DNA from: Catajapyx aquilonaris
Lineage: Eukaryota
DNA length: 60,410 nucleotides
Direction of reading: 5' to 3'
Assembly (NCBI GenBank): GCA_000934665.2
Contig: KZ537980.1
Coordinates: forward strand, 124,001-184,410
Both the position numbers and the translations under genes were made by a program. The notes under the pieces were generated by a model. The model ran no database searches, was not told the origin of the DNA, and worked only from the letters and a program-made list of their open reading frames with translations. Of this stretch, positions 40,929-55,240 are shown piece after piece (position 1 is the first letter of the stretch; each line of letters begins with the position of its first letter).

Positions 40929-43900
40929 TAGGAACTATTTGTGATGATATGGGTTATCTATACTGTTTAGTATACATCGCATCGTGATCAAGGGCAGCAC
41001 TCTATGTTGTACTGTACAGTATATACAGTATAGTACACAGTATACTATACCATACAGAACAATGTGTGCCAGCGTGGCCCATTTCACTCTGCTGGCTGGT
41101 GTATCATGGACATACCGTGGACCACGAACAGCCAATTGTGCTGCTCTATAAAATGGAGTCATGTAGGTCTGTTATAGACGAGTACAATATTATTCACGGG
41201 GAGATGTCAGTTTTTAAATATCATTTTGACGCAGTAATTGCTAATGTGGTGGTCATTATTTTCATTGATTTCCTGATATAGTATAATACGTTGAGGAACA
41301 AACGCCAGAACTGGTCTGCCAGTATATTATTTGCAGTATGTACTTATATTATAGTGGTGATGGGCTGCCATTATCCGCAAGATTTTTATTTAGTCATTCA
41401 TTATTTCTTTGTTTATTTATTTTAGGCGTGGGCAAGGACGGGGGTGATGGGCGGGAGTCAAGTAATAGAAGTGCCTCATACGCGCAATGAGACTTCTGAT
41501 CGGGGTGATATAAGAACTTGACAGGAGGCCATCCAAGAAATTCAGTGATATCACAGAGCACATAATTACTCTGTATTACCGCTGTATTATGTACTACTGT
41601 CACCGGCAAAGATGAATATTGTTGCTCGCTGAGGTTGTTCCCATAACATAGAAGGGATAGAATCATTGGCCCGTCTAATGCTGCATATAATTATGATTCC
41701 TTCCAATGCTATATAATATTGTTTGCGCTTACATTATATTGGAATTCCGTCTGTATAAAACATGTTTATTCTGAATAATTACTTTTCATTTCGTTATGCC
41801 ATTTCCATTCAAGGTCAACTCTACACGCATTATTTATCTATCCCTACTAACAATAAGCATAGTTATTGTATTTTTTGCATCCAATATGAGAGTATAAATC
41901 TGTCCTCTTTGACATGTTACATAATTATATTTGTGCACATGGGGCCCAGCACATTCCATCGAAGTGATATCACGTGCACGTGGATGGTAAACAACTCGTC
42001 AGACCGCCGCGCCGTGCCCTTACGATATGCATAGGCATAAAGTATAGAGTTAGTGTATTGTTTATGAAATTATGAGGCCATCAGTTCAGCGTATCATATA
42101 CGAACTTTTCCTTCATGCTGGAGATCAGCGGCCATAACACGCTGGCTGTAAAATGCTGCAACATTGCTAGATTATGACCCCGAGTCCACATAACACAACT
42201 TCCATGTAAATTACAGGCCTATTAACGAGTAAGTTACAACCAAGGTCTGGGTTGTCCTTGCCAGGAACGGCGGAAGGAATTTTAGTTATGGGGAGGCAAC
42301 CAGCAATCCTCCCAATTGCTGCCTGGGGGCCCCCTCCCTTATTTCACGACCCTCGCTCCAATAAGTTCTAAAACCAGGGTTGCCAAGAAAGCATTTTGCA
42401 CTGCGTAACTTACTAGTAAACAGCTAAACATGTCACATATGTGTCAGGAAACATGACTATATATACCCTCGGTAAAGCAGTAAATGATGAGTGCGCAGAC
42501 GTGTTGTTTGTAATTATCGTTCCCGTTATGTGCATATAGCTACAGTACAGAAGAGCTGCTCATCATCAGCATCCCTTCTGATGAAATTACAGCATCCTAT
42601 ATTCTTACAACAACAGCAGTGTGGTCCAAAATACTTATACTGCTATGGCTATTTGTTAACACTAAGCAGTTAATTTTTACATATAGTAGACATACTTCTA
42701 ATGGTTATCAAAAGTAGGCCTACTGTATTAGTTGCTAATACGTATCAGGTTGCATGCATGTACCCATTCTTTTTTAAAGCCTGCAATGTGGTCTGGCCGG
42801 CAGCATGCACAGAGTAGGTGCAGTCATTGACGTGAATTGTCAATTGTTCATGGGTCATTCCTAATCGGAAATACTTTGCAGTTCAAAGCCTTAGGTGATT
42901 ATTCAATGCTGCATAATATTAGCAGCTAATACGTTTGACAGCCATTAAAAGTAACTGCCAAAAATAAACAACTATAGCCTAGTGCTGCCAACAAATAGCC
43001 ATATACAAGTACTTTGGATCACCCTATGTACGATGTAAGCCTGTATAGCCATGATGCAGAAGGCATTTTGTAATAACTTATTTTAAAATGTGTCGCAAAC
43101 GTCCCCAAACTTCTTCTGAAATATTTGTGTCACGTGTGTGAGAACCTTGGGGACAATGTTTATAGTAAGGAATTTCCAACTGTGCATCTCTAACTGTGAA
43201 GAATCGTATAAATAACATAACGTGTGAAATACGTAAAATCGTAAATGGTCTGAGGAATATAATAAGCACGCCCGGGCTCTGCACTGCTTTGGTAGTCTGT
43301 GTATACCAGTGCACAAAGCACAAACTTGTGCTGAATTGAGTGCGAGAGGCGGAATAGGTTACATGTTATTGGCTGATGGTTATTCTGTACACTTCAGAAC
43401 TTTTATTGTTTCCATCTTGTTTTTATGATACAATTTACAGACTTTTATGCACTTGAAATAGTCGAAAATGTACTTGCAAGGTCAACCTATCTAATTTTTC
43501 TACGTCTATGGCAAGATAGCAACAGCAAGGGGAAGTTTTGGCCAAGCAACGTTGCGCCATGGCCTGTACTGTGATAGGTCGTCGCCCTCGTCGGGAAGTT
43601 GGAGAAAAATTTGATAGGCAAAGAAATAACAAGCAAACCCACAGACAGAAACCACTGCATGGCATTTACGATGCAGGATATATGTCTGAAATGTAATGGT
43701 ATAGGTCTACTGAATTACTGATGAATAAGCTGAACCTGCGATAATAACTTATCCAACATGCAGTGTGTTTATCAGCCCAGAAAGTTGACAATCCGAATAT
43801 ATAGGAGGGGACGGGAATGAGTTGATGGATTATTATTCACCCTTGGCGATGTGAGCAAAATGTAAAGGAAGACCCAAAGCTTGTACCGAGCCTGGATTGC

Positions 43901-45083
43901 GGAGTTCGAGAGAGGTCCAGGATTGACTTCTAATATAATTATTCATCAATGGTTCCCCTTCTCTCTCCTTCGGATTTCCAAAGTGGGCTCAGAAACACCT
44001 TGTACAGTATATATTGTTCGTATTGGTGGCAGAATTTGCCAATTGCCTGGAATGATAAATTTCTGGATATGCTTATTTCAAGACATTTAATTTGCATTTT
44101 CATGAATAGTCTACACAGCAAAAACTTACAATATAAATTGGAAGGTCTACTGTGTACGCAGAATATTCAAGATTTATTGTGGATTATTAATCTCAGTCAG
44201 TATTGTGCAAAGTAATATATTGTAGTTGACATACCGGTACAGTAATAAATTACTGCGCTTATATAAGTTAAGTTGTACTGTACGAGACTGTTGCAAGCAA
44301 CGGGAGTGAGGACGACCAGGCGCAGGGATTTGTCAAGCAAATCTGCACGATAAACCTGTCATTTTTTGCTTCAGTACACTACACTACTGCCTCTATTGCA
44401 CATAATTTTATTTAAAAGGTAGCTAAAACTCATCACTGATGTTAGAATCAATCGTGATCGGCTGATGTTAGAACAAGATTGGTAGAAAATGTGAACAATA
44501 ATAGCCCATCAGGCATATTAGATTTTTACCCTAAAAAAATGATGTAAAGCTTAAAATTTGCACAGACGTTCTATGGTATGTTGTGAACAACATATCAAAA
44601 GTCCCCTAATCTCCCGTGTGTGCGTCACCGTTTTTTCGGGGGGAAATGGCCGCCATCTTGGATATTCCTTTCATTGTCTCTAGCGGGTGAACGGTTTGTG
44701 GTAGAGACATCGTTTTTTCACCGTAGCAATCTGCAGTCATGCACCTTTCGATATGCGATCAGTTTCCTGTGTTACGCAAGTATATGACTGAACAATTTAA
44801 CTTTGAAGTGGAAAACCTGTGTTTTGCAAGGTAAATGTGAGAGAAACGCACGAGGTGGGTATTCTGCCTAAACGGGACCTCCTAGCGGACAATAATCTTG
44901 GCCAGGGCCTTTGAGGCTATGTTAACCCAACAATGTGGTGCAATGTTATCTGGTAGAATCCCTGCGGTATACTCTCTCAACTCGAATAATATTATTGAGA
45001 TTTGAGGAATATTGGTCAGCTCCGAAGAATATTGAAGTCGTAATAACGCATCATGTAAGCCTTCGTTCGTCTGTTAGTCTATA

Positions 45084-45389
45084 AATAATTGATACCCCCA
45101 TTATCAGCCCTTTAGGCTTTATTAGGGGGGGATTTCTCCCAAAAAAATTTTGTCTGGAACTCTTTCCATTTTTACTATACTTTTTCATCGGAATTGAGGC
45201 AAGGATAGGTAAGGAAGGAAGCGGCTGTGGCCTATAATTACGGTAACGACCCCGGAATTATCCTGCGATGACCATGGGAAACCGGCACAGAAAACCATGA
45301 TCAGGGTCGCCGGCCTCCGGGATTCGAACCCAGGACCTCCCGATTAGCAGTCGGACACCATACCACTATACACCACTACTGCTTCGGTG
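45084..45389 (-). mobile_element. tRNA-derived SINE (family A) with 13-bp TSD
   Basis: TSD CTGTTAGTCTATA at 45071-45083 and 45390-45402. Head is nearly identical to the 26576 copy; tail is homologous to the 11131 copy. Confidence 0.88.
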
Positions 45390-46718
45390 CTGTTAGTCTA
45401 TACACTATATACAGTCTCTACACTGTTGTAACTGGGTTCTACCGAGGCGAGGGTTCTACGAGTTCTACTGATTCTTAGTGATAGTATAGGTCTATAGGAC
45501 ATAGGTCATACAGAATTTGATCACTCCCACGATAGCAGCATATACTGCAGGTGTAACTGCTTATGCTAGATTTTTATTCTGGCTCTAAATTATTTCTTAA
45601 AAATTGTTTAACTGTTACACATTTTAAAAATGTATCCATCTCCATCTCGGCATCTGTTATGATGTGTTATTAGAACGCCCCGATATGAATGAGCCCTTTC
45701 GGCAGGCATTTTAGTTGCGGCCCTTACTCTCTGGGCGTCCGCTGAAGTGCCAGATAATGAAGTAACGCTTCTTTACGTCTATACAGTACATTATTATGTC
45801 GCTGCCGATTACGGCACATACTTTTGTTACACAAAGGCTACCTGATCCTGACAGCCTTTCAGGAGGGGTCGAGTACGGTATTTCACCCAACGCCTTCCAC
45901 GCCCCTTCTACCCAGGCCCCCCATAAATTTTTCAATGCCCCCACGGAAACTGACCACTCAGGTTACGAGGGTTGTGCTTGGGGGTTCCCAAGCGAGTTAG
46001 GCCTACGTGGACAGCAAACATTCCCTTCTAAATAATTCACGTACGCGACACGCTATACTCATTATACTGTATACGAAGCGGGCATTACTCGCTATGTGTT
46101 GGCGCAATAAGTTGCATAACCGCCGCCAACTTCGCAACGCTCAAATTATTTATGCCCGCGTCCTTGAGTCGTACAGCCTGCACTTGGCCAATAAGAGTAA
46201 CGGCGCATTACCGCAAGAGGAAAACATCAATCAGACCCCCTTTGCTTGTGTGTCGCCGCAGCCGACCACATTACATGGTACAGAGTCGCGTAGGGGTGCA
46301 TGTAACCGTATCCGGAAGCGCACCTCGTCCGTTCAATCCGTCCGTCCGTGCAGCCACGTAACAGTTGACGTCACTGCGACTTTAATAAATCAATCTGGAA
46401 AGGCATTTTCCCTTTGCCCCAGCTCCTGCCTCACTCTTTGCCCCCCTCCTTCTCTATACTACCCCCCACCGCCTCCCAACCCCAGCCACCCACTCCGGAG
46501 TCCCAACTGCGTAGGGTCCCCGGGTATTGATCATTCCGCTCACGTTTCCGCGCGTTCCTAGGCGAGGGCGTTGTTATCGCTCAGGCCCAAAGTTTCCCAG
46601 AATAGGTCGATATCTCTAATCCCCGCTTCCTACCACCCCCTCACCCTCGCTAAAGGAAGGGGGGGGGGGGGAATGGAATGGGGAACCATGATTGTAAATA
46701 ACCTAGAGGGCCCCTTCC

Positions 46719-46826
46719 NNNNNNNNNNNNNNNNNNNNNNNNNNNNNNNNNNNNNNNNNNNNNNNNNNNNNNNNNNNNNNNNNNNNNNNNNNNNNNNNNN
46801 NNNNNNNNNNNNNNNNNNNNNNNNNN
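46719..46826. other. Assembly gap (108 N) flanked by G-runs
   Basis: Run of N directly visible; poly-G follows on the right and another G-run lies ~50 bp to the left. Confidence 0.99.
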
Positions 46827-47758
46827 GGGGGGGGGGGGATTAAAATTAATGTTGGTGGAAGGTTGGCAATAAATATTTCGTCCGGTGCATTGCGTGCATG
46901 TCAGAAAAAGGAAATAACATAGGTGAGCTTATGTAATGATGATGGATTGATGGTCTCGCGAGATATTGTCGCAGTACATAAATAGTGCCGTCAGCAGTGT
47001 TATTTATGAATATACCTGACACTTTCGGCCATTGTTATGTAGCCAGCTTTATTTAGTGCTGCTTGATCGTCACACGCCAGTATAGATTTTGTTGGTAATA
47101 TTCTGGAAAGAATGCACTAATGCACAGCGTTTTCAAACCCCGCTTTTTGTGTAGGTCCAGACCTCGCTGGCTACTAACGACATGACAGGCAAAAACTTTC
47201 CCTTCCTCCTACTGATAAGATTAATGCTTGTTTGTATAGGAAAGAGAGCCACCATGTATGTTCAGAGGATTTCCCCCTTCTTCAGTGTTTTTCAAAGAGT
47301 AGTTATTGCAAAAGTGCAGATGGAAGCAAGCACATTATTTTTGTAGCATTAGAGAAGTCTGAATGATCAAGAGTACCGTATACACACAAGTGAACTATGG
47401 CGACGTTTTATGATTGGAAGTGGAGGTTGTGCAAGGAGGCGATGTTGATCTTGACTTTTCCATGCCCTGCTGAAGATAGCAGTTCTGAACCAATGATGGA
47501 GGCGTCATGTAATGAAATCTGAGTTCTGCTTTGTCTAATGTGTTGAACTCCAACATAATTGAACACTGCTGAAACCAATCGGATACATTAAAAGTACTTC
47601 AATCTCAAACGTTAATATCAAATCAGGCACATAACCAAAATGACTTTCTTGCAACAGCAGTGCGAAAAGACACAATGTCAAGCTAAACAGCTACCGGTAC
47701 TTTAGTAGTATAGGGGAAATGCAATGGTGGGAAATACTAAACAGCAAACCTTCTTGGG

Positions 47759-48758
47759 AAATCCTGTATGGCTTAGTGCAATATATTTTCTGAAAGGTCT
47801 AATCATAACTATAAGATTCGAGCCAAATATTAGCGGCAGTTCGCCACGCATTCTCGACTTATGAGGGTTTGAAGTCAACATGGAAGTCTATGGGGAGCGA
47901 CGTTATTAGTCACAAAAAGTGTTTCAAAAAGAAAATTTGGTGAAGATTTTAGGCTCAGGGTGTTTTTCTCCACCAACTTTTGTGACTAGAACAGCAGCGT
48001 CGCTCCGGTTTCACACGAGCGTTTTCTGTGTGGTGCGGTCGCCGTCCGGTTATTTTCCGCAGTCTCAGCATAGGACACACACAAGACCTTTCACACGGTG
48101 CGTTTTTTTCCGCACGGTTCGGCTGCCGAGCACGACCGTAATGTGCAGCGGATTTCGGCCGCAGCCGGGCATGTCTCGACAACAGGAAGCAATGGAGCCT
48201 TTCACACGGGCAAAAGATCCGGTGCGGCAGAAGTGCGGCTGGACATTTTCCATCCTTCATTCGGCTTGGCACTATAGCTACACATATTCAATTTGTCCCA
48301 GAAGGTCATCAAATGAAGTCACGCTCATGCGATAGTATCCAAAGAATTTCTTGGGATACCTTCTCAACTCATCATGAAGGATGTAGAATTTCCCTTTCAT
48401 TTGTCTTTGAAGCACTAGGATGCGTCCACCATTCTCTGTTGCGTGGCTTTTTCCTCCTGCGGAACACCAGGACAGTGGCCACACATGCAGCCGTCTGGAA
48501 GTCCATCTCGCAACTGGATTTTTCTCGCCGCATACAAGGCTACCACTACGGTACGACCGCACAAAATCCGCTCGTGTGAAAGGGTCCTCCGGAGCTGCGG
48601 AAAATAACCGGACGGCGACCGCACCGCACAGAAAACGCTCGTGTGAAACCGTCCTATAGACCCCCATGTTGACTTCAAACCCTCATAAGTCGAGAATGCG
48701 TGGCGGACTGCCGCTAATATTTGGCAGCAAATATATTGCACTAAGCCATTCAGGATTT
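47759..48758. mobile_element. Long-TIR MITE-like host element
   Basis: Inverted pairs 47759-47788 / 48729-48758 and 47822-47891 / 48656-48725 (GCCAAATATTAGCGGCAGT.CGCCACGCATTCTCGACTTATGAGGGTTTGAAGTCAACATGG). Confidence 0.8.
48003..48653 (-). mobile_element. PIF/Harbinger deletion derivative with a transposase N-terminal fragment (~48278-48424)
   Basis: ~55-bp TIRs CGGTTTCACACGAGCGTTTTCTGTG.GGTGCGGTCGCCGTCCGGTTATTTTCCGCAG and repeated TTTCACACG subterminal motifs. The peptide QRQMKGKFYILHDELRRYPKKFFGYYRMSVTSFDDLLGQI resembles Harbinger transposase N-termini (GEF..L..ELR...KF..YFRMS...FD.LL). Confidence 0.72.
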
Positions 48759-51700
48759 TACATGTAAGAACAGGCCTGATGCTTGTGACTTTCACTCACT
48801 GGCAGAGTATAAACTCTCGAATACTATACGTACACACTCATTATTGAGTCTATAATTTAAAAAGTTAGACATTGCAGGATGCTGTATACCTACTAAACCC
48901 AGCCCTTATACTGGTAGAGAGTATATCAACTAGACGTTGCAGATTTAACTGTAAAAAGTTAATTGCTGGAAGAATTCGTGAGAAGATGATACAAAATTCA
49001 TAAATAATAATCAAGTTTCTGGCACATGCTCATTGTGATTATACGCCGAGTCCATATTTCACGGGGCATATTGTCGTATGTCGCTCGCGAACACGATGAA
49101 TAAGGACCGAAAAAGGTCATATGAGCTATAGAGACTGATACCTGATATACCTACTTCACAGTTTGGTTGTTTTACTGTGGGGTAGCCGAGAAAACTAAAG
49201 CCATCGTGAAGAAGGAGAATAAAGACAAGTTGGGGACAACTCCAACAATGCTACGTTACCTGCACGAAAATAAGGACTCACATATCACTTTTCCTGATGA
49301 GGAAATAGTAGTGCCAATAGGCCTAGCCATCGTCTACTGCACATATGGAGTTGACCATTGATAATAATAATCTGCAACAAATAGTTCTTTTCCCTGATGT
49401 ATTCCGTTGTGCAATACTGTAAGCCCATCACTGTGATAGGTGCTTTTCGACTTTTATAGATGAGTATTTATCAGCGTTATTCTCTCTGACTCTCAAGATT
49501 AGGTCTAAGCTTATTCATTTCAGGAAGATCTTATGTCAAAGAAAATTCACTACTTTCATTATCATCGCTATAGCTATACTTTTAAATCGAGTAAGTGAGA
49601 ATGAGAACATCTCCAATAACAATTTTGTGGGCCGGCAAAAGGAGTTATTGATTTCAAAATATTCTCCACATGAATGTATACGTGTGCTCATATTTCCAAG
49701 CCCTAATCCTAAAGGATACCTTATAAGTATAGAAGCGTGAGATGAGAGAAGAGTCCAGATTGCGTAATAATCACTGAGTAGACCGCTATTAAAGATCCTA
49801 AGTCCTTACGTGGTGTCGGAAGTGATACGCAGCCAGTATTTTTCAGTTTTAAAAGCAATAGAGGACAGTTTTTTTTTCAACCCAGACACATATCGGTATT
49901 CGACGGAGGTTATTGCTCTGCAATTAGGAAAATGTTGGGTGCATATACTCAAGATGCGAGAGTAGGCAGTACATTTTATGCACAATTCTATAGGCGTGCA
50001 TCTGATTATGATGAATAAAATAATGGGTGTCGTTGATAATCTGTTGTTGCACTTGGTCAAATTCCCTTTGAATATCATTCATTGAAAGACAGACGACGTT
50101 CTCTTTCCCAACTAACAGTAGTTACGTCGCGACGGAACTAGTTGGGAAAGAGAACGTAAAGGGTCCAAGGCTATACGTTACGACAGTGTTAGAAATAAAC
50201 TACATTTATTGGGTAGGACCGGGTAGGACGTTATTCAGTTTTCTTGTGTCCTGAAAAGTAGACTCATTGTGATTACCGACTCTTTTCATTGTTTTTATTT
50301 TATACATATATAAAACGTGAATGTGATTGAGTTATACTTGTTGAGTCTCAGCATAATTATATTATACTGTAAATGGCGCACATCACTTATACACTTCTGG
50401 TACTGTTACTGATAAGATTCGTATTTTGAACATGAAATTTTTAATTACACATTCGGTGAAGATATAGAGAGGTAAAAGAGGAAAAAAAGCTACTTGGTAT
50501 ATAGCCAGAAAGGGTCTCTTTGCACTTGCATAAGGTTTATTCCAACAATGACCATCCGCTTCTCAAGTAAATCGGTAATGTTTGCGTGGATTTGTTTTGC
50601 ACTCCTGTGTAAATACTGTATACATAGGCCTGATAGTTATGCCACATTTAACTTATTAGTGTAATATCGATTATAACGTTTTTGCCGAAACCCGACAAAA
50701 AGGTGACAAAGCTACCTGGTAAACTGAAGTTTTTATAGACCTTTTCTTTGTTTTGGATCGCGTATTATTACAATAACATTCTTAGCAAATAGGATGTTGC
50801 AAAATTGGCCATTTACGCACAATGAAGCCCTGAAATACAAGTAAACGAACTTTCTGACTGCCCAGTAAATTTTCTGATGGAAAAATGACACTGGGTTTCT
50901 GGGTAATTAAAATGACAACATCCCAGGGGGAGTAACTCAATCCCTCATGTCCTAAAATAAGGCATCAGTCATGCTGGCTCTAATCGTGTTCCATTTCAGG
51001 GGTCATAAATTCAGTCTGAAACATGTCGTCATTTCGCCAGTATACTTTCCGGATAAGGGCAGTATTTATTAATCTATGATTATTCCAAGATTATAATAAA
51101 ACGGAATACAAGGGAATAAGAATGCCACACGTTCAAAGTCATTTTGCTGCTATTCCGCTCAAGAACAACGCCGCCGCAGCATCTTAAATGTCAGCAGGTA
51201 TATTCCAAAGCGTCATTAAAAGTATACGAGTGAAAGGGTCTTGTTCAGTATACAGCACTGAAGCATTGTTACCGATTGGTATGCATGTCGGCTTAGTTAG
51301 GTTTGTAACTTACACACATGATGAGCAATGTAAATAAAGCATGTGCTGTGCAAAGCAGCTTTATTTGGGGTATACGGGCTGAGTAAATAATCTGGACATG
51401 GTGCTTACAAATAAATGGGGTGATTTAAGAATCTTGCTTTTTTTTTCCTTCTGATGTTGACGCCCTTCACGACCATTTTGAGCCCAAGCACGAACTGACT
51501 GCGAGAGAGGAAGGGAAGAGAGAGAAACTCATCGGGCAGGTCCTTCTCCCCATGGATCGGCCTGACAAAAAACAAGGTAAAAAAAAGACGGCTTTGGGAA
51601 TCTCTATACTGCTGTGCTTAACTGCCGTTCTATCTTTACGCACGCTCATAACATTCGTGGCTCTCTTCGCACGTGAATCAGGATTTTACAGGTCTGAAAG

Positions 51701-53689
51701 GAATTGCTCTCACCGGAAACCAAACAAAAATTCACAACAGATTATGTGGACACAAGGTATCTGTGAAATTAATCCTCTAGACATTAATTGTAATGTTTAA
51801 ACACTGCAAAATTACAATAGTGAATAAACTGGCGTCCCGTGAAGTTAATGAGAGTATAATTATATGACACCCAGAATGCCATTGCTGATACCATTCATCC
51901 ATGATAATAATCATTACACCAGGAAACAGCATTGTAATTATCACATCCATTATGTGATTCGTAAATGGTATATTTTCCAGCTTTTATCGTTTGAGCAAAT
52001 CGATTTTTAACATAAACAAAAAAAAAATCCGAACTTATTACCAACACTTAATGACATAATTTTGTAACCCGAACTCCCCGATTTATTCAGTCGTATTTAA
52101 ACGATTAAACGTACGACATTGCAGCGTATAGTTCAGTAGGCTCAAAAATGCTTTTATCACACTGAAACTGCGAAGATTATAGAATGTAAATGCGCAGACG
52201 TATGTGCCCGACAATTGTGTCAGTTTGTTTTGTGCCTTTTCATCATATCTCTGCTTTGCATTGTCCATATACAGACCCGGGTGAATTGCAGCAGGTCGTT
52301 AAGTGACCTGAAACTATTTCAGCATGAATATTATGTTATCCAGTTGAGATAGTGATGGTTGAGTGGGAAAGTGAACAAAACGATGAGGGTTGTCCCCCCC
52401 TCCCCTGGTATATAACGACTGCATAGATTAGGCGGCGCTAATGGGCGGGGCATTGTGTCGCCGCTCCACACAAGCTCTATATACACAAAATCAATATTTT
52501 GCTGCTGGTGACGTCATTCATTAGGCGCACCTGAAACCGCGGGGTTGGGGAGAGGGTGGAATTCGTCATTAGCTGACTGTGCATCAGTCGGGAGAAGCTG
52601 ATCAATGCAAAATTAATACGGTAACACTTACGCAACTGCACTTGATGATTGTTCAGTTTGGAGATGAGCACTACGATCCCCTTCAGTTTAGCCCTTATTA
52701 AACTTACAATCCCCTTCAGTGCACACCGATCCGTCCAAAAGCTCAGACACAAAAAGCACCCTCTGAATCCTTTCGGCTGAGCTCAGCTCCGTAAAACTGA
52801 GGCGAGAGAAAAGAAGTTCTTTATTACAGCAATAAATTGTAACAATAGCATCTTTTGGATATTCTATAAGGCGTGTAAAAATAGTGATTATTTAACATGT
52901 GATTGAACATATAAGCTTGTTATTATAATAACAAGCCTCTATGTTCAATCACATCATAGAAACATGGCGACGAGTGGTACATGCGACATGTCACAGCTGT
53001 CTGATGGTATGCCCATCGTAATTAACTGTCCGGGAAGCAATTATGCAGATGATGAAACAGTGTGGGGTGCCGTGCCGGTGGATTATATGAACTGCACAAG
53101 TTATAGAATGGTCGTTCGAGTATTACATACGTATTCCAGGCAGGAGATTCCCAAGTCAGAAAGGCCTATTATACTCTGGATCTATACTATACCACAGAAG
53201 AGAAGAGTCTATATATAAAATATACTTTTATGAGTTTTCATGGGGCCATCTGTCACATAGCACTATAGTTTCGCGAGATCGGTTCATGATGTTCTGATAT
53301 AGTCTTTTTAAAATTGGTATGCCTATTATCTGTTTATCGAAAGCCTACACAAAACTGAACCATCAATTAGGACGGGTCCTTAACTGGTATAGGTCCATAT
53401 ACTGTATACAAGTTATGCATAAGTCTATAAATTAACCGCACAAAAAACATGTGCTAGCCTGCTTTCAGGACTGTCGTTTGAAATTTTATAACTATTTTCA
53501 AGATGAAAATATCTGACATCTTATTTTGAAGTATATATACCGTATAGTATACTATACGGTATACACTGACATGGATAAGTAGTGAGCCTTATACATGTGA
53601 AGGAGTTGTCCCAAGCGAACTATGGCACTTTAACACTTCTCTATACATAGCCCTCCTGGAGTATGATGTACTCCTCCCAAACACAGTAG

Positions 53690-54026
53690 TCCAGCTTTGC
53701 ATCCTTTCTCAAAAACAAGATTTGTCTAGGTCATCACACCATTCACGGACACCCTCCATGACGGCATCATCACTGTTGAAACCAAGAGGTTGAAACGCTC
53801 TTCTTTCAGGTGTCGTTTGACGGTTTGAGTGTTTGGGAACAGGTGACTGTCAGATTGTGACAATTCGGTGGGTGGCACCATCCGACTATCACCCGATCAT
53901 AACATTCAAACGACACCTGAAAGAACAGCGTTTCAACAGTGATGATGCCTTCACGGACGGTGTCCGTGAATGGCGTGATGACCAAGACGACAAATCTTGT
54001 TTTTGAGAAGGGATGCAAAGCCGGGA
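53690..54026. mobile_element. MITE / fold-back element with ~120-bp imperfect arms
   Basis: GCTTTGCATCCTTTCTCAAAAACAAGATTTGTC..GGCATCATCACTGTTGAAAC is inverted relative to GTTTCAACAGTGATGATGCC..GACAAATCTTGTTTTTGAGAAGGGATGCAAAGC. Confidence 0.75.
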
Positions 54027-55240
54027 TGGACAACAACAAGCGGAGCCACTTGATCATTTTTGTGACTTTTTTTCTTCGAAAAAAGTGACCGCCCCCTCCC
54101 ATTTAGCAGGTGTCTTAAAAATTTCCAAAAATTATTCGGATTCGATCCTTCAACCTTCTGCTGGTTACAAAGATAAAGTCTTAACCACTAGACCACTGCG
54201 CTACTTCGATACTGACACTCTCTCCAGCAGCATGTACTTATTGCAAAGAAAGGGCGCCATCACTTCAATATGGGCTAATGACTTGCAAGAATATTTTGAC
54301 ATGTTTTTCTCTGCATAAAACTCCACGACAGTAAAGAGTGCAAAACCAATGAAAAGAAAGAAACACTAACGATATTTTTGGGGGCACATTAAATAGTGTT
54401 CACCTTCAAATCCTGGTTTCGGACACACACCTCATACTTTTTATGAAGGCAATAACGAAGTATTGAAATATTCGACCTGAGAGCATTGTTCTAACAACAA
54501 CAATAACAAAAAAACGACGCAGCTTTGTTGTGAGACTACGAGTATATGTGCAGGAAGCGCTCACCTACAATTCTCTGTAGTGTTGACGAGTACAAAATGA
54601 AGGACTAAAATTGTCAAAAAAAAATTATCTAAAAATATGAACTTGGATCAGTTAACACATAATAATGCTGACTGTTTGAAACATTTATTATGCACATTTA
54701 ATGGGAGGTTCCTGGTTACAATTAAGCATTGCGAATGGTTCAACGAGAGTGATCGTTTCTGATGCAATTGTGAACTGGGTTGTCTGAAAATCAGGTATGA
54801 CGCACATTTTCTAGATTAAATTTTTTTTGGCCATTATTAGCTCCATATTAGCCTCTAGATCAATGCAACACATGGCAAACATCTACTAATCGTAGATTCG
54901 GTTATGATGAAGTAAAAAGGCATATTCAGTAAGGAGTAGACCTACCCGGGAGCATCAATGAACGCCTTAGGCCACTTTCAGTTTATATTCAGCCACGTAT
55001 ATGCATAAGCATACCGAATATCAGTACTGTACAAGTTGCATACTCTGGTGGCGAAAAGCTGTCGGCCAGAGGGAGCGCGCGCACTACCTTCTTCCCTCGC
55101 GCGACGCCATTAGGCGCACCAGGCAAGCGCGGGGAATATGAATTTACACGTAGTTGAATGAGTGTTGGCAGAAACACAGGCTATTATTGTCATGTGGAAG
55201 TGTGCCGGGACCAGCTTTTAAAGCCTGCTATTATCGAGAT

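Noticed and set aside
46007..46561. 184-aa ORF in the GC-rich island
   Set aside because: It has a non-ATG start, low-complexity Pro/Ser content and no recognisable domain. It is better explained as promoter-like GC-rich DNA.
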